From the NCBI RefSeq assembly GCF_009914755.1, contig NC_060947.1: DNA of 64,000 nucleotides; one strand, 5' to 3'. The stretch comes from the human T2T-CHM13v2.0 reference genome, Homo sapiens. A program made the position numbers and the translations under genes. Positions 15,400-30,011 of this stretch are shown here, piece after piece; within the stretch, counting starts at the first letter, position 1, and each line of letters opens with the position of its first letter. A model generated the notes under the pieces. The model saw nothing but the letters and a program-made list of their open reading frames with translations, searched no databases and was not told the origin of the DNA.

Positions 15400-16420
15400 C
15401 TTTAATTGAAAATTTTCTTGAGATAATTATAGATGCATATGCAGTTGTAAGAAATGATGCAGAGAGATCACTTGAACACTTTGCCAAGTTTTCCCCAATA
15501 GTAGCATTTTGCAAATCTATCCTATAAGAGCACAACTAGAAAATTTACATTGATATAATCCACCAGTCTTATTTAGAGTCCCCAGTTTTACTCATACTCA
15601 TTTGTGTACATGTACCTCTGTGTGTGTGTATATGAGTGTGAAGTTCTCTACAGTGCTATCATTTATGTAGGTTTCTTTATCAAGAGTTGCCTCAAAATCA
15701 AGATAGAAAATGATCATGTTAAATATCTAGCAAATCTCCCTCATTCTAGCTCTTTATAGCCACACCTACCACCTTTTTGCCCCACCCACTCCAATTCCTA
15801 ACCCCTGACAATTATTAATCTACTCTGCTCTATAATTTTTCCCCTTCAAGAACGTTACATAAATCTAATTATTCAGTATGTGACCTTTTGATATTGTCTT
15901 TTTTTTCACTCAGCATTCAGCCTGGAATTTCATTTAAGTTGTTGCATGTTATCAGTAGTTCATTCTTTTTAAAATTCTGAGTAATATCTCATGGTATGGG
16001 TGTACCGTGTACCTAGGATACACATTATTTGTTTAACCATTCACCTATCAAAGGAAGTCATGGCTATTTCCAGTGATTAGATATTATAAATAAACTAGCT
16101 ACAAATATTGGTTTACATATTAATAAAGAACTTAAGTCTTGATTTCTTTGGGATTAAATGCCCCAGAGTGCAATTGTTGGGTAGTAGAGTAATTGAACAT
16201 TTACTTTTAAAAGAAAATGCCAAATTGTTTTCCAGAGTAGTTGTACAATTTTACATGTCCACCAGCAATGTATGAATAATATAGTCTTTCTGAATCTTTG
16301 CTAGCATGTGGTTTTGCCACTATTTTTTAATATAAATTTTAGTCATTCTGATAAATGTGTAGTGATATCCAATTGTAATTTTAATTTGCGTTTACCAGAT
16401 TCCTTATGGACAACTTTTCA
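15400..16420 (-). mobile_element. L1MC-type 3' region
   Basis: gagataattatagatgcatatgcagttgtaagaaat (L1MC1-like end); ccaaattgttttccagagtagttgtacaattttacatgtccaccagcaatgtatga. Confidence 0.85.
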
Positions 16421-16619
16421 TGTTATATATACATTTTGAAAGAATGAAATGGAGTCGTAGAGAAAGGTAAGTTTTGAGATAAACGAGCTCTGAGTCAGAA
16501 CTGGAAAGATGTGCAGGATTTGAAACTGGAAGCAAAAGGTGGGGAATATGTCAACATTCTGGCTGTAGTTACATATATGAGTCAAATAAAACAAAAAATG
16601 ATAAACAAATGTTTTAACA

Positions 16620-17660
16620 GAAACAATTACATACCTGCTGTATGTAAATCACTAGACAAAGTGTAACTCACTTAATCCTCACAACAATCCTGCTATCATG
16701 CTACATTGTTCTAGTTGTGGAAATATGTTCATTGTAGGGACTTTGAAAGCTACTGAAAAGTGTAATAAAAGCAAAAAAGAAAAAGATGACTTGTAATCTC
16801 TTTACAGCCAGCTATTTGAAATATTTCCTTTCTTCCAGTCATTTATTATTTCATATATATTTGTGTATATCTGTAGATATACACATGCATACATGAAGAG
16901 TGTAGGTATAGTTGTTAATTGGAGCAACGCTGTATATACATATATATATATATAGTTTGTCTTCATATTATGAATGTATTCTCATAAAATTAAATATTAT
17001 TTAAATACCATTTGAAAACTGCATAATATTTCTTGAAGATGATACATCATAATTTACTTGATCTCTTTTCTATTGTTGCTCCTGTAGGTTTTCAACGTTG
17101 TTATTATAAATAATGCTGCAATGAATGACTTTGTATATTTGTTGGGTTTTTTACTGTTCTTTTCGACCAACTTCTTAGAAGGGAAATTCCTATGTCATAC
17201 ATCATAAACTGTTTGAAGTATTTTGATATGTTTTTCAATTGCTTTTCAGAAATATTGGGCCAATTTACATTCCAGCAGTATACAAGGATGCTCATTTACC
17301 ACATCATTATCAACACTGCATTATTATTTTTGAAATCTTTGCTAATTTGATAGAGAGAAAAATGACATCCCATTTAATGTGTATTTATTTTTAGTGAGTT
17401 GGAAATTTTTCACACTTGCTTTTCGGTTATTCATATTTTGTTCTTCTATAAGTTGCTTGTCTTCTTTGGTCATTTTCCTTTGAGGTTATTAGTGTTTTCC
17501 CAATAAACTGAATTATCAAAGATTTGATTATCCCCATTTTATACATAAGGAAACTGAGATCTAGAGAAATTATGTAACCACCTCAAAGTCACATAAATAA
17601 TAATTGCGATTCAAAGTCAGGTCTGCCTAACTTCAAAGGCCTGTTCTTTCTATGCCGCCA
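16620..17660 (-). mobile_element. MIR split by an L1ME fragment (about 16700-17520)
   Basis: MIR halves cacttaatcctcacaacaatcctg and ccccattttatacataaggaaactgag flank antisense L1ME sequence (ttataaataatgctgcaatgaa; caatttacattccagcagt). Confidence 0.65.
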
Positions 17661-18949
17661 CATCTCTTTTAAAGGTGGTTGTCTTTGTTAATGAGGGACA
17701 ACTGAGCACTTGGCTTTCTGCTTAGCAAATATTTCAATAATTCATCATCTACATACATGTCTAAGCCGCATAGTTGTTAACTTAACCAGGATGATCTGTA
17801 TTACTCCTGGTCTCATTCAAACTCCAAACACCTCAAAGGAATGGAACTTGAATTCAGTGCCAGACAGAATTAACTTTCTGGTTAGTTCTCCAGAAATTTT
17901 TCTCAACACAGTTTTCTTTCCAGTCTTTACATTCTCCTACTGAAGAGAGTGGTTGAGTTCAGTTGCAAAAACAATTCTCAATCCAAGTAGACAGTTTGGA
18001 ATGGGTTTTTATTCTGTTTGATATCCAATCACTAGTTTGACTAAATTTTTCCTGTTTCAACTGGTGTGTTATTATAATGTGTTGAGGCAGCTAGAGTTAG
18101 AACATGGTGGTTGAGAACAGTGAGCAAATATGAATCTAAATACAATCTACAGATTAAGATAGTGAGTTACATGGAGCATTATCTTTAAAAGGGCACCAGT
18201 TTTATGTTAATAATCTTATTATATAAGAAAATTACAAGATAGACCAAAATATGAAAATAAACAAACAACTACCCTAAGCTTAATCTCTCCCATGGTGTAT
18301 GTTTCTGATTGCACTGAACACAAAACAAGCACATACACATGAAGACAAAGCTAGCCACTTCACTGAAACCAAAATTCTCTATAAAATTTCCTGCTATGGA
18401 GTATAATAAATATAGTATTTGTCCATTCATCACAGCATTGAAAGTCCACTGGGAAGTTCTCAGTAACTGAGATTTAATTAGTATCTAAGGCAACAAGAAA
18501 TTCCTACTTGAAAGAAATCAAATAAAGTGGAAAAAACAAATTACAATTGGTGTGCACATTTTTTTCTGACATGGTGGCCTCTGAATAAATGTGGTGCTAT
18601 GACCCATGCCTCTTTCCTTCTTGTGTGTGTCTGTCTCTCTTTCCTTCCTCTCACTGAATACAGTTTTAATAAAGAAGCATCTGTTGTCACTCTGAAATGA
18701 TGATCCCTGCTTTCAGCAGACAAAGGAGAGAAAAACTAAGTGCTTGTACAGATACATACAGTACAGTATATACTGTCTTGGCCAGAGACAGCCCATAGGC
18801 TGGAATTTGGCTATCCTTAGGAAGAAGCTACATAATTTTGACCTCAAGAATGGAGGAATTACTCTAAAAGTCACTTAGTGGTCAAAGAATTGACCTTTGT
18901 CCTAGAAGAAAATGAGGTTCTAGAAAAGTAATGTTAATTATACGTAAAT

Positions 18950-19170
18950 AGTTCAATAACTACCATCTAGTGAATAGTGACCAGACACTGCGCGAAATAC
19001 AGTACATACATTATCTCATTTAATACCCACAAAGTCCTAAAAAAGAGATTGATTTTAAGTCCAGGGAAGTGAAACTAGAAGAAATTAAGCCACTTGCCCA
19101 GTATTACCCCACCAAGAATTGATAGAGCTGGAAACCAAATTCAGGATTCCAAACCTTATTCCAATATATC
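18950..19170 (-). mobile_element. MIR
   Basis: ccagacactg...acattatctcatttaat...aagccacttgccca. Confidence 0.65.
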
Positions 19171-19632
19171 ATATTATTTCTGGGATGACAAATTTTATAG
19201 TTTCGAGTTTACTTAAATAGAAAAATAATGTGTATGTTAATTAGCTTAATATAGCCATTCCACAATATGTACATATATCAAAATATTATGTTGTACACTA
19301 TAACTTTTTTTGTCAACTAAAAACCTCAATATTATCATTAATCCTGTCACCCAGTCTACACTACTTTTTCTTTCATTTATGCTTTTGTTGGGAAGAAATG
19401 TGTTTTTTTTTTTGTCCTAATAAAATGATAGATATTTATTTTCCTGTTCTCCTTAATAAATAAAATTATAAACCCCCAAATGGCCAAAAAGAGAAATAAA
19501 GAATAACTCTGAAAGATGATAAGATGAAATTAAACAGGGTTTAGTGTTTCGCCACCCAATAGAAGAAGGTCATCTAGACCTGGTTTTGTTCTGTCTACCA
19601 CCTAGCAACAGAAGGTAGCCCTCGTAGGCTCA

Positions 19633-19978
<346 letters not shown>

Positions 19979-20439
19979 TCTGGAGTCCATGTGACACTTC
20001 CAAAAAGGAGTATCAAATGAGCACCCAGCCAAACATAAGAGGCCAGTGGAGACACTCCTGCCAGGCCTCAGACTGTCTTCCCCTACAGAGAGATATTGAG
20101 TCTGGCAGACACATGCACCCTGGTCCAGGAAGACTCTGCGCCCCCAACCCCAAGATTCTTCTCCTAAACCCAGAGACACAGTGAATGGTAAGCATAGTAC
20201 GCAAAACTTGTAGGAGGGACATAGCCATAACAAGTGGCTGCCTGGGAAGTCCCTTTGTCCTTTTGGGTCATGATTCTCCTACTATCTACTTTGGACCAGA
20301 GAGACTGCAGCATCAGCAGAGGGAATTCAGTAGAGAGCCACCCCCCTCAGAGGGTCAGCCTGGCTAGTCCTTTTCCGTCTCCTAAGACAGCACCAGCAGG
20401 AAACAGTGGGAGCCGTAGCAGCACCAGTTAAACTGTGGA

Positions 20440-20820
20440 GACCAAAATAATCCAGCAGAGGCTAGACAATTAAAGTGCCATTGAAACCAGAACTCAAAAA
20501 GCTATGCCAGGACCTGTATGCTAACCCTACACAGGTTGACTGTCTAGTAAAATAAAGGGGTTCAATAGGTCCCAGAGAATACTGAAATAATAGGCAAAAA
20601 GTCTATGATACAACTAAAATCATCACCTGTCATATCAAGAACCCAGAAAATCACAACCTGAATAAGAAAAGAAAAAACTGACAGCAACACTGAGATAGAC
20701 ACTGATAGTTGACATAGTGAACAATGATTTCAAAGTAGCTGTGATAAATGCTTCAAAAAACAATTACAACTTATCTTCAAACAAATAAAAAGTAGAACAT
20801 CTCAGCAAAAAATAAATACT
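20440..20820 (+). mobile_element. Old L1M (MC/MD-like) 5' region / ORF1 start relic
   Basis: atcacctgtcatatcaagaacccagaaaatcacaacctgaat...aacactgagat...ctcagcaaaaaaata. Confidence 0.6.
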
Positions 20821-21039
20821 ACCAGTTATTAAATATTTTGGTATTATTGTATTGAATCACTTGCTTTACCTTCATAATTTTATTTTAACCTCAAGAAAAA
20901 CCTGTTAGGTCGATTTTACAGTACCATTTAAAATATTAGAAAACTGAAGCTTACCATAGCCCCTATTGCATTATACCTGGTCAGCTGTACTCATTTATAT
21001 TACCTGCCTGATCTTTGTAAGCATTAGAGTTTGCCATCC

Positions 21040-22100
21040 CTAGTAGGTGAAAGCAGAGACGGTACTTTACATAGGGTAAATAATATAAGCAAATGTGCAG
21101 GAGTTGAAATGATTATACGCATTTAAAGGTGGTGAGGAGACCAGCCTGTCTAGAGCAGAGAGTATGTGTTATGGAGTAACTGGAGAAAATAATGGATAGT
21201 TAAGGAGGAGCCAAATTATGAAGGAATTTAACAAGCAATCAGAAGAATATGCATAGGGAGTTACATTGGTTTTTGAGGTAACATGATGAAAGAGATATTC
21301 AGCAAACAAAAAGAAAGAGGAAGAAAGAAGGAGATAGAAGAAGAGACAGAAAGAGAGAGAGGGGGGAATAGAGATAGAGAAAGAAAGAAACTAGAATATT
21401 AAATGCCTATTACGGGTTTCTAACTCTCCTTTATTCCCAGTTCCACACATGCATACTACATATGGTATAGTTTCCTAAATCACCATGCCCCTCTCTAATC
21501 AATGGGCTTTTGTACAAGCTACCCACTTTGCCGGGAATCATTGTCCACCCCTCCACCCAACCTCTTAATTCACACCCTATAATCTGTTTTTAAGCAATCT
21601 CCTATTCACCTTTTAAGAGGTAGCACAGAAATAATGTCTTATCCCGTTGCATTTATTAACCTGTTAGATTATTTTCGAAACCTCTGAGCTACTTGAAGGC
21701 AGAGACCAGAATGCATTAATTTCTGTAGTCAAAGCATCTAGCCCAATTATATGCATATGGCAGAAATTTAGTATTCTTTTGTTGAATGGATGAATAAGCA
21801 AATAAATGAAGATCAAGTACTGTACCTTGTGCTTAACATAAGTTACTTTGTTTTACCTTCATATTAACTCATTTCACTAGTGAAGTTTGAGTCAACTGCA
21901 GCTAAAAACTTGAGAGAGAAGGGCATTCCAAGCAAATGTGCAAAGGGAGGGAGAGCATGAGATAACATGATGCATTCTAGGGACTACAAGATGTTTGATA
22001 TGATTAGAGTGTAAGGTGGGGAGTGATGAAAGATGAGGCTGGAGTGGTAGACAAAGCTCAACCCATAAAGAAACTTGCATATCTCTTAAAGAAATTTGTC
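21040..22100. mobile_element. Cluster of L2 fragments in both orientations, with a purine-rich tract at about 21305-21390
   Basis: L2 motifs gaggagaccagcctgtctagagcagag; tgagctacttgaaggcagagacc...gttgaatggatgaat; agatgaggctggag. Confidence 0.55.
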
Positions 22101-22204
22101 CTTAGGGCCAAAGGTATTATAATAGCATAGGAATAACAGTACACATCAGATATAACTAAAGTCACATAGTGTTTATCTATATGGTGAAGGTAACTGTTTC
22201 TCCT

Positions 22205-22537
22205 CCTTCTTCTTCTTGTTCTTTTTTTTTTTTTTTTTTTTTGGAGGCAGGGTTTCACGATGTTACCTAGGCTGGAGTGCAGTGGTGGTGGTGGCAATCT
22301 CAGCTCACTGAAACCTCTGCCTCCTGGATTCAAGTGATTCTTCCACCTTAGCCTCCTGAGTAGCTGAGACTACAGCCACACACCACCACACCTGGCTAAT
22401 TTTTGCATATTTTGGTAGAGACGGGGTTTCACCATGTTGGTCAGGTTGGTCTCAAACTCCTGAGCTCAAGCAATCTGCCCGCCCGCTTCAGCTTCCCAAA
22501 GTGTTAGGATTACAGGTGTGAGCCACCGCAACCAGAC
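22205..22537 (-). mobile_element. Alu (old S/Jb-like)
   Basis: Poly(T) followed by a reverse-complement Alu ending gagccaccgcaaccagac. Confidence 0.95.
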
Positions 22538-22919
22538 TATAATTGCTTCTTGAAAGTAAGGATCCAAAGGTGAAAAATGGAGGGATGCTTGAAGAAGAGT
22601 TTATGAGCAAAGAGTACCTCACTCCCCTCCCCATCACAGAGAGCACACGAGGGACCAGTATGCTCCATCCTGTAAAATTCAGAACAGAGTTTGAGCATTT
22701 CTTCAGGGTGCCAAATTTTTGACCCCTCTAATCGCATCCTATAAATTCACTTTCTGTACTTCTGTGAGAGCTGATCCTAGGTATCATTGCATAGATCTGT
22801 GGTTCAAGAAGGCTTTTCTCATGGTTCTTATTCTACCCTTAGATTTATTAGTCTGTACATACCTATGCTATGAAAGGAGTCTCTTTCCGTGGTCTTGTTC
22901 CACTTCAAGAAACATGTCA

Positions 22920-23270
22920 ATGAAAAGGCAGAGACTGGCCAATGGGTACAAAGAAAAAACAAACGTTACCCAAATATGTGCTGTCCACAAGTGACACACT
23001 GTAGATTAAAAGGTACAAAGAGGATGAAATAAAAATGATGGGAAAACATACATGACTCAAACCATAACTAAAAGAGAATTTGAGTGGTTATAGAAATTTA
23101 TGACAAAAAAATGTATTACCAGAGGTTTAAAAAATAGACATTAAATATGGATAAAATTTTAGTCCATTGAGATCACATAATGGACTAATAAGAAAGCTCC
23201 AAAATATATAAAGCAAAAATTGAAAGAATCGAAAGGAGAAATCGGCAATTCAACAATAATAGCTGAAGAA
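22920..23270 (+). mobile_element. Old L1M ORF2 endonuclease-region relic
   Basis: aaaaggcagagactgg...atgtgctgtccacaag...aaggagaaatcggcaattcaacaataatagctg. Confidence 0.65.
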
Positions 23271-23274
23271 TATT

Positions 23275-25700
23275 GGAGATGGAGCAAGATGGCCAGATAG
23301 AAGACTACAGTAATTGTTTCCTCTGCAAGAACATAAAATTAAATAACTACCCACATGTAAGTGCCTTCATAAGAACCAAAAATAGTGAGCAATTGCAATA
23401 CCAGGCTTTAATATCATATTAAGAACAGAGGCACTGAAGAGGGTAGGAAATACAGTTTTGAACTGTCTACACTACTTCTCCATTCCCTGGCAGTATGACA
23501 TGGCACAGGAAGAGAAAATCTGTGTGTTCTGGGGAGGGAGAGTGCAGTGACTGGCACACTGCATTGGAACTCTGTTGCCCTGTTATAGCAGAAAGCAACA
23601 CCAGGCAGAATTCAGCTGGTACCTAAAGAGGCAGCATTTAGCTAAGCCCTAGCCAGAGGCTAATCATTCATCCCTGTGGTCAGAAGATGACCCATTAATG
23701 CAGACTAAAGTGTTCTGGGTTGTAAATAAACTTGAAATGCAGGCTAGGCCACAAGGACTGCAAATCCTAGGCAAATTCTGGGTACTGTGCTGGGCTCAGA
23801 GCCAGTGGACTTGGGGTGCATGTGACCTAGTGAGATATCAGCTGGGGAGGCTGAAGGAGTGCTTGTGTCACCCCTCCTGAACCTGCTAAAGGAAAATAAA
23901 TCTCAGGACTGCCAAATCACTAAGCCAAGGGAAAAGTCAAGCTGGGAACTACATCAGGCAAACCTGCCTCCCATTTTATTGCTAAATAAGATAGCTACAA
24001 AGATAAAAAGCTACATACCTCACGCACAATTTGCCCACAGTGAAATTCCTTGCGGACAAACGACAGACAGAACTCAAAGTCATCCCTCTGAGGCTCACCT
24101 GAGACAAATGCATATCTGATTGCTTCCTCTGCCCTATTGTTTATGTAAAAATGTAGATTCACTGAGCCAGACTAAATTGTGTATTCAGTGGAAGGCTGAT
24201 GAAGGACTCAAAAGAATTCAACCATTTATCTTTTATCTGCTTATGACCTGGAAGCCCCTGCCTCAAGTTGTTCCACTTTACTGGACTGAACAAATGTACA
24301 TCTTCCACATATTGATCGATATCTCATCTCTCCCAAAGATATTTAAAAGTAAGTTGTACCCTGACCACCTTGGGCATATGTCGTCAGCACCTCCTGATGC
24401 TGTGACATGGGCACATTCTTAACCTTTGTAAAATAAACTTTCTAAATTGATTGAGACCTGACTCAGATAACTTTTGGTTTATAAACACCAGGATTCCTTC
24501 CCTCAGCTTGAGGAGAGGAGAGGGGAGAGTAAGGAGGACTTTGTCTTACAATTTGGAAACCAGCTTAGTCTCAGTAAAATGGAGTACCAGGCAGAGTCCT
24601 GAGGCCTTCATTCCAGGACCTACCTCCCGGGTGACATTTTCAAACACACCTGGGTCAGAAGAGAACCAACGGCCTTGAAAAAAAAAAAAAAACCCTGGCA
24701 GAATTCATCACCTGCTGACCAAATAGCCCTTGGGCCCTGAATAATCATCAGTAGTAGCCAGGGAGTATTTGCTGTGGGCCTTGGATGAGTCACAGAGTCA
24801 TGCTGGCTTCAGGTGTGACCCAGCACATTTCTGGCTGTGGAAGATATGGCGGAGACACCCTGTGCTTGAGGAAAGGAGATGGAAAAATAAAGGGGACTTT
24901 GTCTTGCATTTGGGGTACCAGCTTGGCCATAGTTATGTGGAGAACACTGAGAGAGCTCCTGGAATCCACAATTCCAGGCTGTGGCTCCCGGATGGCATGT
25001 CTGGACCTGCTTTGGGCCAAAGATGAGCCAACTGCCCAGAACTGAGAGACTCAGGGCTGGCAGCATTTACTCCAACCTGACAGGAGAACTCTTGGGCTTT
25101 GTTTGACCATCAGCGGTAGCCAGGCAGTACTTGCTGTAAGCCAGGGGTGATGGTGACTGAGGGAATAAACTTCTATGCTTGAGGAAACAGGAGAGAAAAT
25201 AGGAAAGACTTTGACTTGTGGCTTGGGTGACAGCTCAGCCACACTAGCATAGTGAACCAGGTAGATTCCTAGGGTTTCAGACTCATGGCCCTTGTTCCCA
25301 GATGGCATCTGTAGATCAGCCACGGACCGAGGGGAAATCACCACCCTGAATGGAAGGACACAAGCCTGGCTGGATTCACCACCTGCTGATTGTAGAGTCT
25401 TTGGGCATTGAGTGAACATAGGCAATAGCAAGGGACATTATCTACTTATGATCTGGAAGCCCCTGACTCAAGATGTTCTGCCAGTGTGGTCACTGCAGGC
25501 CTTGGACAAGACCCAGTGCTGTGCTGGCTTCAGGTATGACCTAGCACAGTTGAAGTAGTGTGGTCACAGGGTGCTTGTGTCACCCCTTCCCCAGCTCCAG
25601 GCAGCTCAGCACAGAAAAATATAATCAGTTTGTTTGGGAGAAAGTAAGGAAAGAAAACAGTAGTATCTGCCTGGTAATCCGGGAAATTCTCACCTGATAG
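23275..25700 (+). mobile_element. L1MA/L1PB-era 5' UTR with internal ~330-bp tandem units, interrupted by a MER4 LTR
   Basis: Starts ggagatggagcaagatggcc; repeated units (gactttgtcttg...cagctcagccac...ttcaccacctgctga...tgctggcttcagg); homologous to 45680-46200. Confidence 0.8.
23884..24483 (+). mobile_element. MER4-family (ERV1) solo LTR
   Basis: tgctaaaggaaaataaatctcaggac...aagtcaagctgggaact...aataaactttctaaattgattgagacctg...ttggtttata; imperfect 4-bp TSD aacc/aaca. Confidence 0.9.
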
Positions 25701-25710
25701 AGAACTTCTC

Positions 25711-27946
25711 CTTATAAGCTAAAGGAGCTTTGGGGCCAAGACAATGGGGTTTTGTAGATATAGGATCATGTCATATGCAAATATGTGTAGCTTGCCTTCC
25801 TCTCTTCCTATTTGGATGCCCTTTATTTTTTTCTCTTGCCTGATTACTCTGGGCAGGACTTACAACACTATATTGAATAGCAGTGGTGAGAGAGAACATC
25901 TTTGTCTTGTGCCAGTTTTCAAAGGGAATGAGTCTAGCTTTTGCCCATTTGGTATATTGGTCGTGGGTTTTTCATAGATGGCTCTTATTATTTTGAGGTG
26001 TTCCTTCAATATCTAGTTTACTGAGGATTTTTAACATGTTAAATTTTATTGAAAGACTTTTCTGCATCCATTGAGATAATCATGTGGTTTTTGTCTGATT
26101 AATAACTTCAGCAAAATTTCAGGATACAAAATCGACGTACAAAAATAAGTAGCATTCCTATACACCAACAACATCCAAGCTGAAAGCCAAATCAAGAATG
26201 TAATCCCATTCACAGTAGCCACAAAAGGAACAAAATACCTAGAAATACAGCTAAGCAGGAAGGTGAAAGGCCTCTACAATGAGAATTCCAAAACACTGCT
26301 TAAAAAAATTAGAGATGACACAAACAAGTGGAAAAACATTCCATGCTAATGAAAAGGAAAAATCAATCTTATTAAAATGGCCATATGTGAAAGCAATTTA
26401 CAGATTCAGTGCTATTCCTATCAAACTGCCAATGACATTTTTCACAAAAGCATAAAAAACTATTTTAAAATTTATATGGGACAAAAAAAGCTTGAATAGC
26501 CAAGGTAATCCTAAGCATACAGAACAATGCTGAAGGCATCACGTTACCCTACTTTATATTACAGGCCTACAGTAAACAAAACAGCATAGTACCAGTACAA
26601 AAAATAGGCACATAGACCAATGGAATTGAATAGAGAGTCCAGAAATGAGGCCACACCCCTACAACCATGCAATCTTTTACAAGACTGACAAGCAATGGGG
26701 AAAGACCTCCTTATTGAATAAATGGTGCTAGAATAACTGGTTAGCCATATGCAGAATATTAAAACTGGGCCCCTTCCTTACACCACATACAAAAATTAAC
26801 TCAAGGTGGAAAACATACTTAAATGCAAAACCCAAAACTATAAAAACCCTGAAAGACAACTTGGCAATATCATGCTGGACATAGAAACTGGCAAAGATTT
26901 CATGACAAAGACATCAAAAGCAATAGAAACAAAAGCAAAAATTGACAAATGGAATCTAATTAAACTTAGGAGCTTCTGCAAGAAAAAGAAACTATCAACA
27001 GAGTAAACAGACACTCTACAGAATGGGAGAAAATATTTGTAAACTATGCATCTGACAAAGTTCTCATATCTAGTTAAAGGAACTTTTAAAAAGTTACCAG
27101 AAAAAAAAAAAAATCACATTAAAAAGTGGGAAAATGACATTAACAGACACTTTGCTGAAGAAGACATACCTGCATCCAGTAAGCATATGAAAAAAACCTC
27201 AATATCACTGATCATTAGAAAAATGCAAATCAAAACCGCAATGAGATACCATCTCACACCAGTCAGAATGGCTACTATGAAAAAGTCAAAAAGTAATAGA
27301 TGCTGGCGAGGTTGTAGAGAAAAGGGAACACTTATGCACTGTTGGTGGGAGTGTAAATTAGTTCAACCATTGTGGAAAGCAGAGTGGCAATTCGCAGAAG
27401 TGAAAACAGAACTATCATTTGACCCAGCAATCCCGTTACTGGGTATAGAGCCAAAGGAATATAAATCTTTCTACCATAAAGACCCATGCCCACATGTATT
27501 TATCACAGCACTACTCACAATAGCAAATATTGAAATCAACTTAAATGCTCATCCATGGCCTATTAGATAAACACAATGTGATACATACACACTGTGGAAC
27601 ACGGTGCAGCCATAAAAAAAGAATGAGATCATGTCCTTTGCATTAACATGAATGATGCTGGAAGCCATCATCCTTAGCAAGCTAGCACAGGAACAGAAAA
27701 CCAAATATTGCATGTTCTCACTTATAAGTGGGAGCTAAATGACGAGAACATACGGATACAAAGAGAGGAACAACAGACACTGGGGCATACTTGAGAGTGA
27801 AGAGTGAGAGGAGAAAGAGGAGCAGACAAAAAAAACTATTTGGTACTACGCTTAGTACCTAGGTGATGAAATAATCTGTACAATAAACCCTCATGACACA
27901 AGTGCCTGTACATGTACCCTTGAATCTAAATAAAAGTTTAAAAAAA
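25711..27946 (+). mobile_element. L1PA13-16-like 5'-truncated L1 with 5' inversion (25711-26095 antisense, 26095-27946 sense)
   Basis: Antisense ORF2 followed by sense ORF2 resuming at almost the same consensus position; ORF 27046-27570 is the ORF2 C-terminal region; 3' UTR and A-tail present; no TSD found. Confidence 0.9.
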
Positions 27947-28284
27947 GAAAGTCCAGAATACCGCTGTATGATTATGGTCAATCAATTTTTAACAAAAATG
28001 TCAAGTTAATTATATTGGGAAAAATAGCCTTTATTACAAATGATGCTGGAATAATTGGCCCACATTCAAAATAACAAATTTGTATCTCAGTCTCATTCAT
28101 TACACAAAAATTAACTGAAAATGGATATAAGATTCAAATATAAAAGCTAAAACTATAAAAATCTTTGAAGAAAACCTAGGAATAATGTTTTCATTACATT
28201 GGATTAGGTAATAGTTTGTTAGATAGCAGAAGTGACAAAAGAAAAAGATATATAAGTATAACTTTATAAAAATTAAATTTTTTT

Positions 28285-28578
<294 letters not shown>

Positions 28579-28921
28579 TTAAATTTTTTTTCTCCAAAGG
28601 ATGCTAAGAAAAGGTAAAAAGACAACCCACAGAATGAGAGGAAATATTTATAAATTCTATATTTGACAAGAAACTGTTATTCAAGATATATAAAAACTAT
28701 TCCAATATAACAATAAAGAAACCCAAAATGTGAAAATAATTTGCATAGACATTTCTCTAAAGGTTACATATAAATGTCCAATTAGCATATTAAAATATGC
28801 AGGGTATCATTTAGTCATTAGGGAAATGGAAACCAAAAGCACCATGAAATACCACTTCACACCCATTAGGATAGCTATGATAAGAAAGGCATACAGTAGC
28901 AAGTGTTAGAAAGAATATGGA

Positions 28922-29304
<383 letters not shown>

Positions 29305-30011
29305 TTATTCATAATGACCAAAATTAGATACAATCAAAATTACCATCAACAGATGAATTGATAAATACAATATGGTATGTGCATATAGTAGAATCATATT
29401 TAACCATAAGAAAGAATGAAGTGCTAATTCATTTCAAGTGAAAAATTCTGGACACGAAAGGCCACATAATGCATTATCCCACTTACGTGAAAAGTCCAGA
29501 ATAGTCTAATTCATAGACTCAAAGTCTGTTAGAGACTGTGAGAGACTGTGAGGTGGATTGGGAAGAAACTACTAACTGTTACATAGTTTCTTTTGGGGAT
29601 AATGAAAATATACAGGAATTAGATAGTAATAATTGTGTATAGCTTTGTGAATATAAACTACTGAATTGCACATCTTAAAAGAGTGAATTTTATGGGATGT
29701 GAATTATTTTTCACCTAAAAATTGTATGAAATGTAATGATGAATATATATTAAGGCATTTAGTGGAAACGTGGATCACATGCATTATCAGATGGTGAATT
29801 TTAGTAGAAAGTGGGAAACTATGAGAAATTAATTAATATGCTAAAAACAAAGCAACAAAATTCTATGATATTATAGATTCATTCTTTCAGCAGCCTTACC
29901 ATCAAATAAGACACAGCTGAAGAAATAATCAGTAAACTTTCTGGTCAATGGGAATTATCTAAAATGAAACAGGAAGGTAATTTTCTTTCTTGTCCTCTCA
30001 TTTATTTCTTT

